Assembly: GCA_964649475.1 (NCBI GenBank)
Contig: CAZYRD010000001.1
Coordinates: forward strand, 1-40,302
Source of the DNA: an uncultured Faecalibacterium sp.
GTDB taxonomy: Bacteria; Bacillota; Clostridia; Oscillospirales; Ruminococcaceae
Reading direction: 5' to 3'
DNA length: 40,302 nt
Positions 8,730-18,561 of the stretch are shown here, in pieces. The notes under the pieces were generated by a model that was given only the letters and a program-made list of their open reading frames with translations, did not search any database and was not told the DNA's origin. Position 1 is the stretch's first letter, and each line of letters opens with the position of its first letter. Position numbers and translations under genes: made by a program.

Positions 8730-9767
8730 TCACTCACCCTCCTTTCCGGTGGTGTTTTCCTGCGCCGAAGCGTCTTTGGCGGCAGCGGCGGCCTTTTCGC
8801 GGGCGGCACTGACGGTGGCGGCCGCCTCGGTCTCGGCGGCGCGGGCGGCATCCTCCTCGCCGGTCAGCTCAAGGAAGATATCCTCCAGACTGACGGCAGC
8901 GGCGCTCTCCTCCAGAATGGGGCAGCGGACCTCGGCCAGCGCCCAGAACAGCGCTTCGCGGACGTCCTCTTCACTCTCCAGCGAAAGCTCCAGCAGGCCG
9001 TCCGCTTTTTCGGTGAGGGTGCAGCCCGTCAGCGGCAGCGCGGCAAGCGCCTGCTGCACCGTCTGCGCATCGCCTTTGACAAGGGCGGTGCAGCGTTTGG
9101 CACGCTTTGCATGCTTTGCCAGATTTTCCGGCGTGTCCTGCGCGACCAGCCGCCCGTGGGAAAGGATGAGCACCACGTCCGCGACCTCGCTGATCTCGGA
9201 CAGAATGTGGCTGGAAAGCAGCACGGTGTGCTCGCCGCCAAGCCCGCGGATCAGCTCGCGCACCTCGATGCGCTGCAGCGGGTCAAGGCCGACGGTGGGC
9301 TCGTCCAGAATGATGACGGGCGGGTTGCCCACCAGCGCCTGTGCAATGCCCACGCGCTGCTTGTAGCCCTTGGAAAGGGTGCGGATCAGACGGTTTTTCA
9401 CATCCGTCAGGCCGGTGCGCTGCACGATTTTTTCCAGCGCGGCCTTGTCTGCGGAGACCTTTTTCAGCCCCGCGACAAATTTCAGATACTCCCACACCGT
9501 CATATCCATGTAAAGCGGGGGATTCTCCGGCAGATAACCGATCTGCCTGCGGGCCTGCAGCGGCTCTTCAAATACGTCCCAGCCGTTGACGGTGACGCTG
9601 CCCTCCGCGGCGGAAAGATAGCCGGTGAGGATGTTCATTGTGGTGGATTTGCCTGCGCCGTTGGGGCCCAGAAAACCATAGATCCGCCCGGGCTGCAGCG
9701 AGAAGGAAACATCCTCCACCGCCAGCAGCTGCCCGTAGCGCCGGGTAAGATGGCTGACTTCGATCAA
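8730..9767 (-). CDS. ABC transporter ATP-binding protein with an Ala/Glu-rich C-terminal tail
   Basis: Walker A GPNGAGKST, signature LSKGYKQR, Walker B ILDEPT. The chosen start is TTG at 9767 (LIEVSHLTRRYG), 8 nt after AGGAGG. A TATAAT box lies at 9823-9828 on the minus strand. Confidence 0.85.
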   Translation of the reverse strand: MIEVSHLTRRYGQLLAVEDVSFSLQPGRIYGFLGPNGAGKSTTMNILTGYLSAAEGSVTVNGWDVFEEPLQARRQIGYLPENPPLYMDMTVWEYLKFVAGLKKVSADKAALEKIVQRTGLTDVKNRLIRTLSKGYKQRVGIAQALVGNPPVIILDEPTVGLDPLQRIEVRELIRGLGGEHTVLLSSHILSEISEVADVVLILSHGRLVAQDTPENLAKHAKRAKRCTALVKGDAQTVQQALAALPLTGCTLTEKADGLLELSLESEEDVREALFWALAEVRCPILEESAAAVSLEDIFLELTGEEDAARAAETEAAATVSAAREKAAAAAKDASAQENTTGKEGE

Positions 9768-10000
9768 AGCGTTTCGCCTCCTGTATCGTTGATGCGCGGC
9801 GTGCGCCGCATTTTCACACACCATTATACAGGAAATCTGTAAAATAAGCTTGGGTAAGCTGCGAAAGCGATGTGAAAAGAATGTGAAATCTTTTCGCGGT
9901 CCGCTTTGCCGTGCCGGCTTGCCCCGCAAAAAAGTTTCACAAAAAAAACGGGCGCGGTTCGTCAAAAAAGCGGAAAATTCTTCCGCTGTGTGCGCGAGCC

Positions 10001-10029
10001 TTTACATTCCGCCGCAAATCATATATCAT
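10001..10029 (+). promoter_or_regulatory. Candidate promoter of the first DUF3048 gene
   Basis: TTTACA, 17 nt, TATCAT. Confidence 0.35.
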
Positions 10030-10100
10030 TATAAAATAGCAATGCGCCGTGCAGCCGCAGCCGCGTTGCCAATGCCAAAGAACGGAGAGTGCTTTTTGCC

Positions 10101-11345
10101 ATGAAACGCCTGCTTGCCATTTTGCTGTGCCTGTGCCTTTGCATCGGCCTGTGTGCCTGCAGCGCCCCTGCGGACGACGCCACCGAACCCGAGAGCGTCG
10201 TTTCCCAGCCGGAAAGCGTTGTGGAGCCGGAACCCGAACCCGAACCTGAACCGGAGCCCGAACCCCCGCCGTACCTGCCCAACTACCTGACCGGCGAGGA
10301 GCAGACCGAGGATTACAACGCCAACAGCCGCGTGACCGCGGTGATGATCAACAACATCTCCTCCTGCCGGCCGCAGCGCGGTCTTTCCCAGGCGGATATT
10401 CTGTTTGAGACCAAGGTGGAAGGCGGCATCACCCGCTTTATGGCGCTTTTCCAGGATTACACCAAGCTGGAGGGCGACCTTGGCCCCGTGCGCAGCGGCC
10501 GCGACCAGTTCCTGCGGCTGGCCATCCCCTTTGACGCCGCGTACATGCACATCGGCCGCAGCGGCATCACCCAGACCTACATCGACCAGAACGAGTACTG
10601 GGACCGCGATGTGGACGGCAACACCTACAACTTCATCTATCGCGACCAGAACCGTCTGAACTCCGGCTTCAGCTACGAACATACCGCCTTTACCACCAGG
10701 GAGCTGCTGGACGAGGTGTTTGCCAAGGCCGAGACCAACATGGAGTACAATTACGGCGAGGGCGCCACCTGCTTTGATTTTGTCAAGTACGATGAAAACG
10801 GCGGCGAGCGCGAGCTTGTGGGCGACGACGCCACCAACATCAATATTGTGCACAGCTACAGCTACCGCACCGTGTTTGATTATGACGAGGCCACCGGCGA
10901 GTACCTGATGAGCCAGTGGAACGGCAGCCTCGGCGTGTGGCACGACACCATCGACGAAAACAACGGCGAACAGCTGAGCTTTGAAAACGTGCTGGTGCTG
11001 TGGGCGGATATCACCACCTACCCCTACCCCGGCGGCAACCTGGATGCCAACGGCAACGACAAGGGCGACCCCAACTATCAGAAGCTGGACCTTGACCTTG
11101 GCTGCCTGGGCACCTATTTCAGCAACGGCAAAGCCGAGCCCATCCGCTGGTTCAAGGGCGCCACCACCGATATGCTGCGCCTGACCGACATGGACGAGAA
11201 CTCGCTGAAGCTGAACTGCGGCAAGACCTATATCGCCTTCGTCGATCTGGACGAGTACTACAACTTCAGCTACACCGGCCCCGAGGTCGTTGTGGAGGAA
11301 GCGGTCATTGAGACCACCGGCGAAGAGGCGGAGATCGGCGACTGA
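10101..11345 (+). CDS. DUF3048 domain lipoprotein (YerB-like), paralog 1
   Basis: Lipoprotein signal MKRLLAILLCLCLCIGLCAC. Conserved core AVMINN...RPQ.GLSQADILFE..VEGGITRFMALF...GPVRSGRDQF. The ATG at 10101 follows GGAGAG. Confidence 0.8.
   Translation: MKRLLAILLCLCLCIGLCACSAPADDATEPESVVSQPESVVEPEPEPEPEPEPEPPPYLPNYLTGEEQTEDYNANSRVTAVMINNISSCRPQRGLSQADILFETKVEGGITRFMALFQDYTKLEGDLGPVRSGRDQFLRLAIPFDAAYMHIGRSGITQTYIDQNEYWDRDVDGNTYNFIYRDQNRLNSGFSYEHTAFTTRELLDEVFAKAETNMEYNYGEGATCFDFVKYDENGGERELVGDDATNINIVHSYSYRTVFDYDEATGEYLMSQWNGSLGVWHDTIDENNGEQLSFENVLVLWADITTYPYPGGNLDANGNDKGDPNYQKLDLDLGCLGTYFSNGKAEPIRWFKGATTDMLRLTDMDENSLKLNCGKTYIAFVDLDEYYNFSYTGPEVVVEEAVIETTGEEAEIGD
10224..10265 (+). repeat. Coding (Glu-Pro)x7 dipeptide repeat linker
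   Basis: GAGCCGGAACCCGAACCCGAACCTGAACCGGAGCCCGAACCC encodes EPEPEPEPEPEPEP in paralog 1. Confidence 0.9.
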
Positions 11346-11396
11346 CGCATTTCCTCTTTCCCTCGCAGAGCATTTTCACACACCTTCAACGGACAG

Positions 11397-11433
11397 GGAG
11401 CTGCCTCACTATTCGTGCGGCGGCTCCTTTTTA
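11397..11433 (+). terminator. Rho-independent terminator between the DUF3048 paralogs
   Basis: GGAGCTGCC-loop-GGCGGCTCC followed by TTTTTAT. Confidence 0.6.
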
Positions 11434-11482
11434 TATGCCGACGGATTTTTCTTAAATTCTTTCGGCCAAACGGCGGCAGACC

Positions 11483-11511
11483 TTTACTTTTTTGCACAAA
11501 ACGGGTATACT
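11483..11511 (+). promoter_or_regulatory. Candidate promoter of the second DUF3048 gene
   Basis: TTTACT, 17 nt, TATACT. Confidence 0.4.
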
Positions 11512-11557
11512 AGCATTGAACAGACCCTGATCTCACCGCAAAGGAGGGGCATTCCCC

Positions 11558-12694
11558 ATGAAACGGCTTTTTTCCAAAATTCTGGCACTGACGCTGTGTC
11601 TGGCGCTGTGCGCAGGCTGCGTGTGCAGCCTTGGCGGATGCGCCTCCCGCGGGGTAAGCACCGAGGACCCCAACGTGGAGAACAGCACCCCCGCCGACGA
11701 CCCGGCCCCCGCCCCCGAAAAGGAGCCGGGGGAGATCCTTCCGCTGGACTGCGACCCGCTGACCGGCGCAAAGCTGGCGGAGGACGCCGTGCAGGGTACC
11801 CGCCCGGTGGCCGTCATGCTGGACAATTCCAGCGCTGCGCTGCCCCACAGCGGCATTGCTTCGGCCAGTGTGGTTTTTGAGATGGTGACCGAGGGCGGCA
11901 TTCCCCGGCTGATGGCGGTGTTCCCCTCCGCCGAAGCCATTCCCGGCAAGCTGGGGCCGGTACGCTCCACCCGCGATCAGTTCCTGCAGGTGCTCATTCC
12001 GGAAAACATGATCCTGCTGCACATCGGCAGCAGCGTATACGCCGCCGATCTGCTGAACACCCTGCAGTACCCCACGGTGGACGGCATTTACCTTGGCTCC
12101 ACGGTGTTTGCCTTTGACGACGTGCGCGCCGCCGCAAAGGACAACTCCCACTGCTTCTACACCAACGACGAGCTTGCCGCCGCCGGCATTGCCCACGAGG
12201 AGATCTCCACCATCGGCACGGTGGACACGCTGTTCCGGTTCGTCTCCTACGAAAAGGATCCCGTCGTTCCCGCGCAGCCGGCCACCAACATCGAGTTTTC
12301 GTTCTCGCAGATCGCCCCGGTGCGCTTTGCCTACAACGCCGAGACCAACCGCTACCTGAAAACCGAATACGGCTATCCGCAGATGGACGAGGCCGTCGGC
12401 GAGCAGGTGGGTTACACCAACGTGATCCTGCTGGAATGCCCCGTCACGCTGAAGCAGGACGGGCTGGTCACGCATTTTGACCTCACCGAGGGCGAGGGCT
12501 TCTACTTCACGCAGGGCGGCTGGCAGAAGATCAGCTGGAAAAAGGGCGTGGTGGAACAGCCGCTGACCCTGTACGACGAAGCCGGTGACGAGCTTGCTGT
12601 CAACGTGGGCACCAGCTATGTGGCCGTTGTGAGCGACCGCACCCTGAAAGCCACCCTTGCGCTGGACAGCATTTCGCCTTACAGGCAGGATTAA
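11558..12694 (+). CDS. DUF3048 domain lipoprotein (YerB-like), paralog 2
   Basis: Lipoprotein signal MKRLFSKILALTLCLALCAGC. Same core as paralog 1 (AVMLDN...SGIASASVVFEMVTEGGIPRLMAVF...GPVRSTRDQF). RBS AAGGAGGGG. Confidence 0.8.
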   Translation: MKRLFSKILALTLCLALCAGCVCSLGGCASRGVSTEDPNVENSTPADDPAPAPEKEPGEILPLDCDPLTGAKLAEDAVQGTRPVAVMLDNSSAALPHSGIASASVVFEMVTEGGIPRLMAVFPSAEAIPGKLGPVRSTRDQFLQVLIPENMILLHIGSSVYAADLLNTLQYPTVDGIYLGSTVFAFDDVRAAAKDNSHCFYTNDELAAAGIAHEEISTIGTVDTLFRFVSYEKDPVVPAQPATNIEFSFSQIAPVRFAYNAETNRYLKTEYGYPQMDEAVGEQVGYTNVILLECPVTLKQDGLVTHFDLTEGEGFYFTQGGWQKISWKKGVVEQPLTLYDEAGDELAVNVGTSYVAVVSDRTLKATLALDSISPYRQD

Positions 12695-12726
12695 GCCCTC
12701 ATTCCTTTCAGGCCCCGCCAAATATA

Positions 12727-12762
12727 AAACGGTCCGCGGTTGTATCCGCAGACCGTTTTTTG
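12727..12762. terminator. Bidirectional terminator shared by the convergent DUF3048 and HAD genes
   Basis: AAAACGGTCCGCGG-TTGTAT-CCGCAGACCGTTTTTT. Confidence 0.7.
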
Positions 12763-12788
12763 TTATACGCTGTTGCAGAGAGCGCTTC

Positions 12789-13631
12789 TCAGCCGCCGAG
12801 GTTTTTCAGGAATTCGGCTTTTTTCTCTGCCTGAACGGCGGCGTAGCCGCCGCAGCGGAACACGTTCAGCACGGTTTCGCGCAGCTGCTGCCAGCTTTCG
12901 CCTTCGCGGCGCACCAGAATGGGGTAGTACCACACGCCGTTCTTTTCGGCGGCGTCGCAGTCGCCGGGGGCGTCGCCCACCATCAGCACATGGTCGGGAG
13001 CGTAGCCGAACTCCAGCATTTTTTCAATGCAGTGGGCTTTGCTGCCGCAGTCCTGCGCAAGGGTGATGTCGGTGTGCTGCAGCAGGCCGAACTTCTCCCA
13101 TTCCTCCACCACCGCATCGCGGTTGGCGCTGGAGACGATGGCCACATCGGCAAAGGTCTTGGCGGCGGCCAATCCCTCCTTTGCGCCGTCGAAGGGGACT
13201 TTCAGCTCTTCCGGCAGGGCAACGATGGCCTTATTCACCGCTTTGGACCACGCCAGCGCGCGGGCCAGCACCGGATGACCGCCGTTTTCGATGGCGGAAG
13301 CCAGCGCATCGTTGGAAAGCGCCGGGCTGGTTCTGACCCAGTCGTTCAGCGCACCGATGCCGTCGATGGCGGTGTACTGCGCGTTGATCTCGGTCAGGGC
13401 CATGGCAAGCCCCTTGAAGCGGTTGACGCCGCGGGTCATGCTGTACAGGTTGATGTCGTTCCAGCGGGCGAGGATGGGCTCGCGCCAGGCGTCCAGCTGC
13501 CATTCGTCCACCATGCAGGGGCCGAAGCAGTGGAAATGCTTGCAGTCCATGGTGTCCATGGCGCAGCCGTCGGAGTCCACACACACCAGCCAGTCGTGCT
13601 TTTTTACAAAGGTGTCAAACACGTTTGCCAT
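12789..13631 (-). CDS. HAD superfamily hydrolase
   Basis: Motif I VCVDSDGCAMDT and motif IV MVGDAPGD. The ATG at 13631 is preferred; the alternative is GTG at 13640. Confidence 0.75.
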   Translation of the reverse strand: MANVFDTFVKKHDWLVCVDSDGCAMDTMDCKHFHCFGPCMVDEWQLDAWREPILARWNDINLYSMTRGVNRFKGLAMALTEINAQYTAIDGIGALNDWVRTSPALSNDALASAIENGGHPVLARALAWSKAVNKAIVALPEELKVPFDGAKEGLAAAKTFADVAIVSSANRDAVVEEWEKFGLLQHTDITLAQDCGSKAHCIEKMLEFGYAPDHVLMVGDAPGDCDAAEKNGVWYYPILVRREGESWQQLRETVLNVFRCGGYAAVQAEKKAEFLKNLGG

Positions 13632-13643
13632 GCGCGCCACCGT

Positions 13644-15419
13644 TTACAGACGGGCGTCCCACAGACCGCAGAAGCTGTCGATGGGGTCCTTGCCCTTAAA
13701 GGCGTCGGGACCGGCGACCAGCGCATCCACAAGGGCTTCCATGGTGGCGGGCCTGGAGTCGTAGGCGTTGATATAGGTGCGGAACTGGGGCACGTCCGCC
13801 AGCATGGTGGGCGCGTTGACGCTGATGCCCACGACGGGCAGCTCAAAGACGTACCAGGGGATCTCGCCGCCGCCCTTGCTCATGCCGAAGACGGGACGGC
13901 CGCTCATCACGTCGCACAGGGTGATGACCAGATCCTGCTGGGCGGTGAAGTCGGCGATGGCGTTCTTGCCGGCAAAGTACAGGTTGAGACTGGGCTTTTC
14001 GCCGGCGGCGATCATCTTCTTCATCTTATCCAGCGGGCTTTCGTAGATGAAAGCGTCAAAGCCTTTTTCGATCAGACGGTCGCGCAGGTCCTCGGCGGGG
14101 GTCTTGCGCTGCATGCCGCCGCCCATAGCCATGGCGGCCAGAGCCATGAAGGGAGAATCCGGGCCCTTGACGTGGACGATCATGATGCGCTTGTATTTTT
14201 CCGGGGTCAGGGGCAGCACGCCGGCGTCCTTGTACTTGACCAGCGTGACGCAGTCGCGGGCGATGGCGGCGTGCACGTCCTTGTACTCCTGCCTGCCGAT
14301 CTCGGCAGCCAGCACCTCGGGTGCGGGCACCAGCTCCGCCTTGGCCTTTTTGTGCAGGCCCATTTTGGCTTTCAGGCCAAGGATGCGGGTCAGGGCCTCG
14401 GTCATACGGGCCTCGCTGATGACGCCGGAGGTGTAGGCTTCCAGCATGGTGGCGAAGTCCTCGTCGGGATCATTGAAGAACAGGAACATATCGCAGCCGG
14501 CGTTGATGGAGGCGGGCAGCATCTCCTTGCGGGTCATGCGGTCGGTCATGCCAACCATGTGGGAGGCGTCGGTGACGACCATGCCGTTGAAGCCCAGCTT
14601 GTCGCGCAGCAGGGTGGTCATGATATCGTAGCTGAGGGTGGCGGGCATCATCTCATCCGGCGTGATGTCCGGGTTGATGGCGCGGGCGTACTCCGGCAGC
14701 ATGATGTGGCCGCCCATGATGGCGTCCAGACCGCCGTCGATCAGGGTCTTGTACACCATGCCGTAGGTGGCGTCCCACTCCTCCACCGACATGCCGTTGA
14801 TGTTGTTGGCCATGTGGGCGTCGCGGTGGTCCAGACCGTTGCCGGGGAAGTGCTTGGCGGCGCAGGCAAAGCCCTCGTTTTCGTGGGCGCCGTCCATATA
14901 GGCAAGGCTCATGGCGGCAACGCGTTCGGGGTCATTGCCGAAAGCACGGGTGACGACCTCGGTGTTCAGCCAGTTGTAGTGGATGTCGCACACGGGGGCA
15001 AAAGCCATGTTGCAGCCGATGGCGGCCGCTTCGGCGTTGGCGTACCTGCCCAGCGCACGGGCGTACTCGTTGTTGCCGGTGGCACCGATCTTGATACCGG
15101 CGCCGATATGGGTGCCGTCGGCACAGGCGCCGTCGCCGCCGCCTTCGGTGTTGCAGGCGATGAACACGGGCACCCTGGCGTACTGCTGCAGAATGCGGTT
15201 CTGGTTCTGCACCATGGCGGAGGGCATATTGTTGTAGCGGCAGCCGCCCAGATGGAAGCGCTCCATCAGGTCCTTCAGGTAGGCTTCGTCCTGGCTGGCC
15301 ATCAGCTGGAAGAACAGCTGGCCGACTTTTTCCTCGGCGGTCATGGAGGCGATGGTGTTTTCTACCCAGGCCACGCCCTCGTCGTCAAGAAAATACGGTT
15401 TTGCACGCAGATCAGTCAT
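13644..15419 (-). CDS. Glycoside hydrolase family 3 protein (beta-hexosaminidase/beta-glucosidase type)
   Basis: EEKVGQLF N-terminal motif, KHFPGNG, GFNGMVVTDASHM (nucleophile Asp region). Confidence 0.85.
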   Translation of the reverse strand: MTDLRAKPYFLDDEGVAWVENTIASMTAEEKVGQLFFQLMASQDEAYLKDLMERFHLGGCRYNNMPSAMVQNQNRILQQYARVPVFIACNTEGGGDGACADGTHIGAGIKIGATGNNEYARALGRYANAEAAAIGCNMAFAPVCDIHYNWLNTEVVTRAFGNDPERVAAMSLAYMDGAHENEGFACAAKHFPGNGLDHRDAHMANNINGMSVEEWDATYGMVYKTLIDGGLDAIMGGHIMLPEYARAINPDITPDEMMPATLSYDIMTTLLRDKLGFNGMVVTDASHMVGMTDRMTRKEMLPASINAGCDMFLFFNDPDEDFATMLEAYTSGVISEARMTEALTRILGLKAKMGLHKKAKAELVPAPEVLAAEIGRQEYKDVHAAIARDCVTLVKYKDAGVLPLTPEKYKRIMIVHVKGPDSPFMALAAMAMGGGMQRKTPAEDLRDRLIEKGFDAFIYESPLDKMKKMIAAGEKPSLNLYFAGKNAIADFTAQQDLVITLCDVMSGRPVFGMSKGGGEIPWYVFELPVVGISVNAPTMLADVPQFRTYINAYDSRPATMEALVDALVAGPDAFKGKDPIDSFCGLWDARL

Positions 15420-15490
15420 TTTTCTTGTTTCCCCTTTCGTTTTTTTCTTTTTTACAGAGAATTGCGGCGCAAAGAGTTCCTATACAACAC

Positions 15491-15536
15491 AAAAAGCCAT
15501 CTGCAGGCCTTTGCGGGGTTCTGCGGATGGCTTTTT
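15491..15536 (-). terminator. Terminator after the HEAT-repeat gene (bidirectional shape)
   Basis: AAAAAGCCATCTGCAG-loop-CTGCGGATGGCTTTTT. Confidence 0.6.
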
Positions 15537-15560
15537 GCCCTTTTCCTTTTGCCGAATGCA

Positions 15561-15602
15561 CAGCCCTTGCGGCTGTACAGAAAGCCCTTGCGGGCTGTAC
15601 AG
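15561..15602 (-). repeat. Two tandem hairpin repeats of about 21 nt directly after the HEAT gene stop
   Basis: Minus strand: CTGTACAGCCCGCAAGGGCTT then CTGTACAGCCGCAAGGGCTG. Each forms a short stem closed by a GCAA loop. Confidence 0.7.
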
Positions 15603-15604
15603 GC

Positions 15605-15922
15605 TTACTTGTGAAGCTTTTCCATCGCTTCGGCGATGGCGTTTTTCAGCTCTTCACTCTCGGCAGTTTTTACCTGGTACATCAGCTGCGTAATGGCAGC
15701 GGGACGACCCTGCTTGCCCAGAGCCTTGACAGCGGCCAGCTTGCACCGGACGTCGTCACAGTTGAGCATGGTGATCAGGGTGTTGTACGCACCGTCCTCA
15801 TCGCTGGCAGCACAGGCTTCGGCAATGGCGTCCACCTTGCTAAGATCCTGCTTGTTGACCACGGCGGTCAGTTTTTCCCACTTGCCCCGCTTGACCAGGG
15901 CCTCCGCATTGAAACCAAACAT
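15605..15922 (-). CDS. Small HEAT-repeat domain protein
   Basis: 105 aa. LAAVKALGKQGRPAAITQLMYQVKTAESEELKNAIAEAMEKL resembles PBS-lyase/HEAT repeats. RBS GGAAAGGAAG. Confidence 0.65.
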   Translation of the reverse strand: MFGFNAEALVKRGKWEKLTAVVNKQDLSKVDAIAEACAASDEDGAYNTLITMLNCDDVRCKLAAVKALGKQGRPAAITQLMYQVKTAESEELKNAIAEAMEKLHK

Positions 15923-16149
15923 CGCTAAACTTCCTTTCCTTTTAAGAGACGCCCGCTTTGGGGCACAAAGAATAGTTTATCTCTGTTTTGGCGGTTTGTC
16001 AACGAACACAACGGTAAACTTTTTATGAACGTCAAACAATTCACAAAGTTTACTCATTCTGTTTTGATACATATTAAATTATACGGACAAATACCCCGAA
16101 AGTCAACCATTTTGGCCTGCGGCTGCGGCATTATTTGCTGCGCCGGATA

Positions 16150-16178
16150 TTGACGAACCGGGCGTTTGCTCATATAAT
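16150..16178 (+). promoter_or_regulatory. Sigma-70-like promoter of glnN
   Basis: TTGACG, 17 nt, TATAAT, leaving a leader of about 105 nt. Confidence 0.6.
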
Positions 16179-16289
16179 GAAGTATTATAATACGTATCAA
16201 CCGCAATATGCCGGTAAAACGGCGGCAAAGCGCCGATGAACCACCGCGCATTTTCCGCCCCGCCCCACCGATACATACAGGAGGACCGT

Positions 16290-18386
16290 ATGGAGATCTT
16301 CAGCGAAAATTACGGCTGCCTTGTTTTCAACGACCACGTGATGAAGCAGCGCCTGCCCGAAGCCACCTACAAAAGCCTGCACGCCACCATCCGCCGCGGC
16401 GCCCCGCTGGACGCGGACATTGCCGCCGCGGTGGCCGCCGCCATGAAGGACTGGGCCATTGAAAACGGCGCCACCCATTACACCCACTGGTTTCAGCCGC
16501 TGACCGGCTCCACCAGCGAAAAGCACGACAGCTTTATCGAGCCCGCCAAGGACGGCCGCGCCATTCTGGCGTTTTCGGCCAAGGCGCTCATCCGCGGCGA
16601 GCCGGACGCCTCCAGCTTTCCAAGCGGCGGTCTGCGCGCCACCTGCGAAGCCCGCGGCTACACCGCGTGGGACCCCACCAGCTACGCCTTCATCAAGGAC
16701 GAGGTGCTGTGCATTCCCACCGCGTTCTGCAGCTACAGCGGCGAAGCGCTGGACAAAAAGACCCCGCTGCTGCGCAGCATGGCCACCCTGAACCGGCAGG
16801 CCCTGCGCATTCTGAAGCTGTTCGGCAAGGAGGACATCCCGCAGGTACAGGCCACCGTCGGTGCCGAGCAGGAGTATTTTCTGGTGGACCGCGCCCTGTA
16901 CGAGCAGCGCAAGGACCTGCTTTTCTGCGGGCGCACCCTTTTTGGTGCCATGCCCCCCAAGGGACAGGAGATGGACGACCACTATTTCGGCGTCATCAAG
17001 CCCCGGGTGCTGGCGTTTATGAAGGAGCTGGACGCCGAGCTGTGGAAGCTGGGGGTCTCGGCCAAGACCCGCCACAACGAGGGCGCCCCCGCCCAGCACG
17101 AGCTTGCCCCCCTGTTCACCACCGCCAATATTGCCATGGACGCCAACCAGCTGACCATGGAGATGATGAAAAAAATAGCCCACCGGCAGGGGCTGGAATG
17201 CCTGCTGCACGAAAAACCTTTTAAAGGCGTGAACGGCAGCGGCAAGCACAACAACTGGTCGCTTTCCACCAGCACGGGCGACAACCTGCTGAACCCCGGC
17301 AAAAACCCCCATGACAACCTGCAGTTTCTGCTGTTTTTGACGGCAGTGCTGCACGCTGTGGACGAATACCAGGACCTGCTGCGCATCAGCGTGGCAAGCG
17401 CCGGCAACGACCACCGCCTTGGCGCCCACGAGGCCCCGCCCGCCATCATCAGCGTATTTATGGGCAACGAGCTGTCCAGCGTCATCGAGGCCATCTGCAC
17501 CGACAGCGAATACCACAAGCCGGGCAGGATCAAAATGAAGCTTGGCGTGGACACGCTGCCGCCTTTCAGCAAAGATAACACCGACCGCAACCGCACCAGC
17601 CCCATGGCCTTTACCGGCAACAAGTTTGAATTCCGCATGCCCGGCAGCAACATGAGTCTTTCCGACGCAAACGTGGTGCTGAACACCGCCGTCGCCGAGG
17701 TGCTGCGCCGCTACGCCGACGAGCTGGAGGCCGCCGACGGGGAGAATTTCTCCGCTGCCGCCAGCGCGCTGGTGCGCCGCGAGCTGACCGCCCACAAGCG
17801 CATCGTCTTTGACGGCAACGGCTACACCGACGAATGGAAGGCCGAGGCCGCCGCCCGCGGGCTGCTGAACCTGCCCGCCACGCCGGACGCCCTGCCCTAC
17901 TACCTGCACCCCAAAAACATTGCCCTGTTTGAAAGCCACGGCATTTTCACCAGAGCGGAGATCGCCGCACGGTACGAGGTGTGCATGGAGCAGTACGCCA
18001 AGACCCTGCACATCGAGGCCCTGACCATGCTGGACATGGCCCGCAAGCAGATCATCCCCGCGGTGTGCGGTTTTTCGGCCAGGCTGGCCGAGAGCCTTTC
18101 CGCCAAGCGCCGGCTGAACCTTGGCCTTGCCACCCGCACCGAGGAGGAGCTGCTGCGCAAAGTGTGCAGTCTGACGGATGCGCTTTCCGCCGCGGTGGAG
18201 GAGCTTGCCGCCCTGATGCCCGACGCGGACGCCTGCACCAGCGAAAACGCCGCCCGCTTTTACCGCGACCGCGTGCTGCCCCAAATGGACGCCGTGCGCG
18301 CCGCCGCCGACGCGCTGGAAGGCCTGACCGCCGAGGAGCTCTGGCCCTTCCCCAACTACACGCAGCTGCTGTTCGGCGTGAACTGA
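16290..18386 (+). CDS. glnN: Glutamine synthetase type III
   Basis: 698 aa. N-terminus [23 protein letters not shown]...[16 protein letters not shown] and the central catalytic region are typical of GSIII. RBS AGGAGGA lies before the ATG at 16290. Confidence 0.85.
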   Translation: MEIFSENYGCLVFNDHVMKQRLPEATYKSLHATIRRGAPLDADIAAAVAAAMKDWAIENGATHYTHWFQPLTGSTSEKHDSFIEPAKDGRAILAFSAKALIRGEPDASSFPSGGLRATCEARGYTAWDPTSYAFIKDEVLCIPTAFCSYSGEALDKKTPLLRSMATLNRQALRILKLFGKEDIPQVQATVGAEQEYFLVDRALYEQRKDLLFCGRTLFGAMPPKGQEMDDHYFGVIKPRVLAFMKELDAELWKLGVSAKTRHNEGAPAQHELAPLFTTANIAMDANQLTMEMMKKIAHRQGLECLLHEKPFKGVNGSGKHNNWSLSTSTGDNLLNPGKNPHDNLQFLLFLTAVLHAVDEYQDLLRISVASAGNDHRLGAHEAPPAIISVFMGNELSSVIEAICTDSEYHKPGRIKMKLGVDTLPPFSKDNTDRNRTSPMAFTGNKFEFRMPGSNMSLSDANVVLNTAVAEVLRRYADELEAADGENFSAAASALVRRELTAHKRIVFDGNGYTDEWKAEAAARGLLNLPATPDALPYYLHPKNIALFESHGIFTRAEIAARYEVCMEQYAKTLHIEALTMLDMARKQIIPAVCGFSARLAESLSAKRRLNLGLATRTEEELLRKVCSLTDALSAAVEELAALMPDADACTSENAARFYRDRVLPQMDAVRAAADALEGLTAEELWPFPNYTQLLFGVN

Positions 18387-18561
18387 ACGCAAAAACCGGC
18401 GGCAGCCCTGCGCCGCCGCCGAAAAGCCGTTCATTTCAATAACTTTTAGTATATTTTTATTGGCAATATACAAAGCTGACCACTGTTTCCTGTGCAAAAC
18501 TGCACCCATGCCGGATTTTTCCACGGCTGACCGGTCTTGCACCAACGCAAAGGAGAACGCC

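Noticed and set aside
10224-10265. Short tandem repeats (the EP repeat here, and the AAEKK repeat at 38476-38538) considered as CRISPR or VNTR loci
   Set aside because: They are in-frame coding low-complexity repeats with no spacer structure. There is no CRISPR array anywhere in the window.
12657-15614. 985-aa plus-strand ORF
   Set aside because: It lies entirely antisense to the well-supported HAD and GH3 genes. Its composition is low-complexity (G/A/V/H/Q-rich) with no recognisable motifs, as expected for a shadow ORF in GC-rich DNA.
16054-16251. 65-aa minus-strand ORF in the HEAT/glnN divergent region
   Set aside because: It overlaps the glnN promoter and leader and has no RBS. It is probably spurious.
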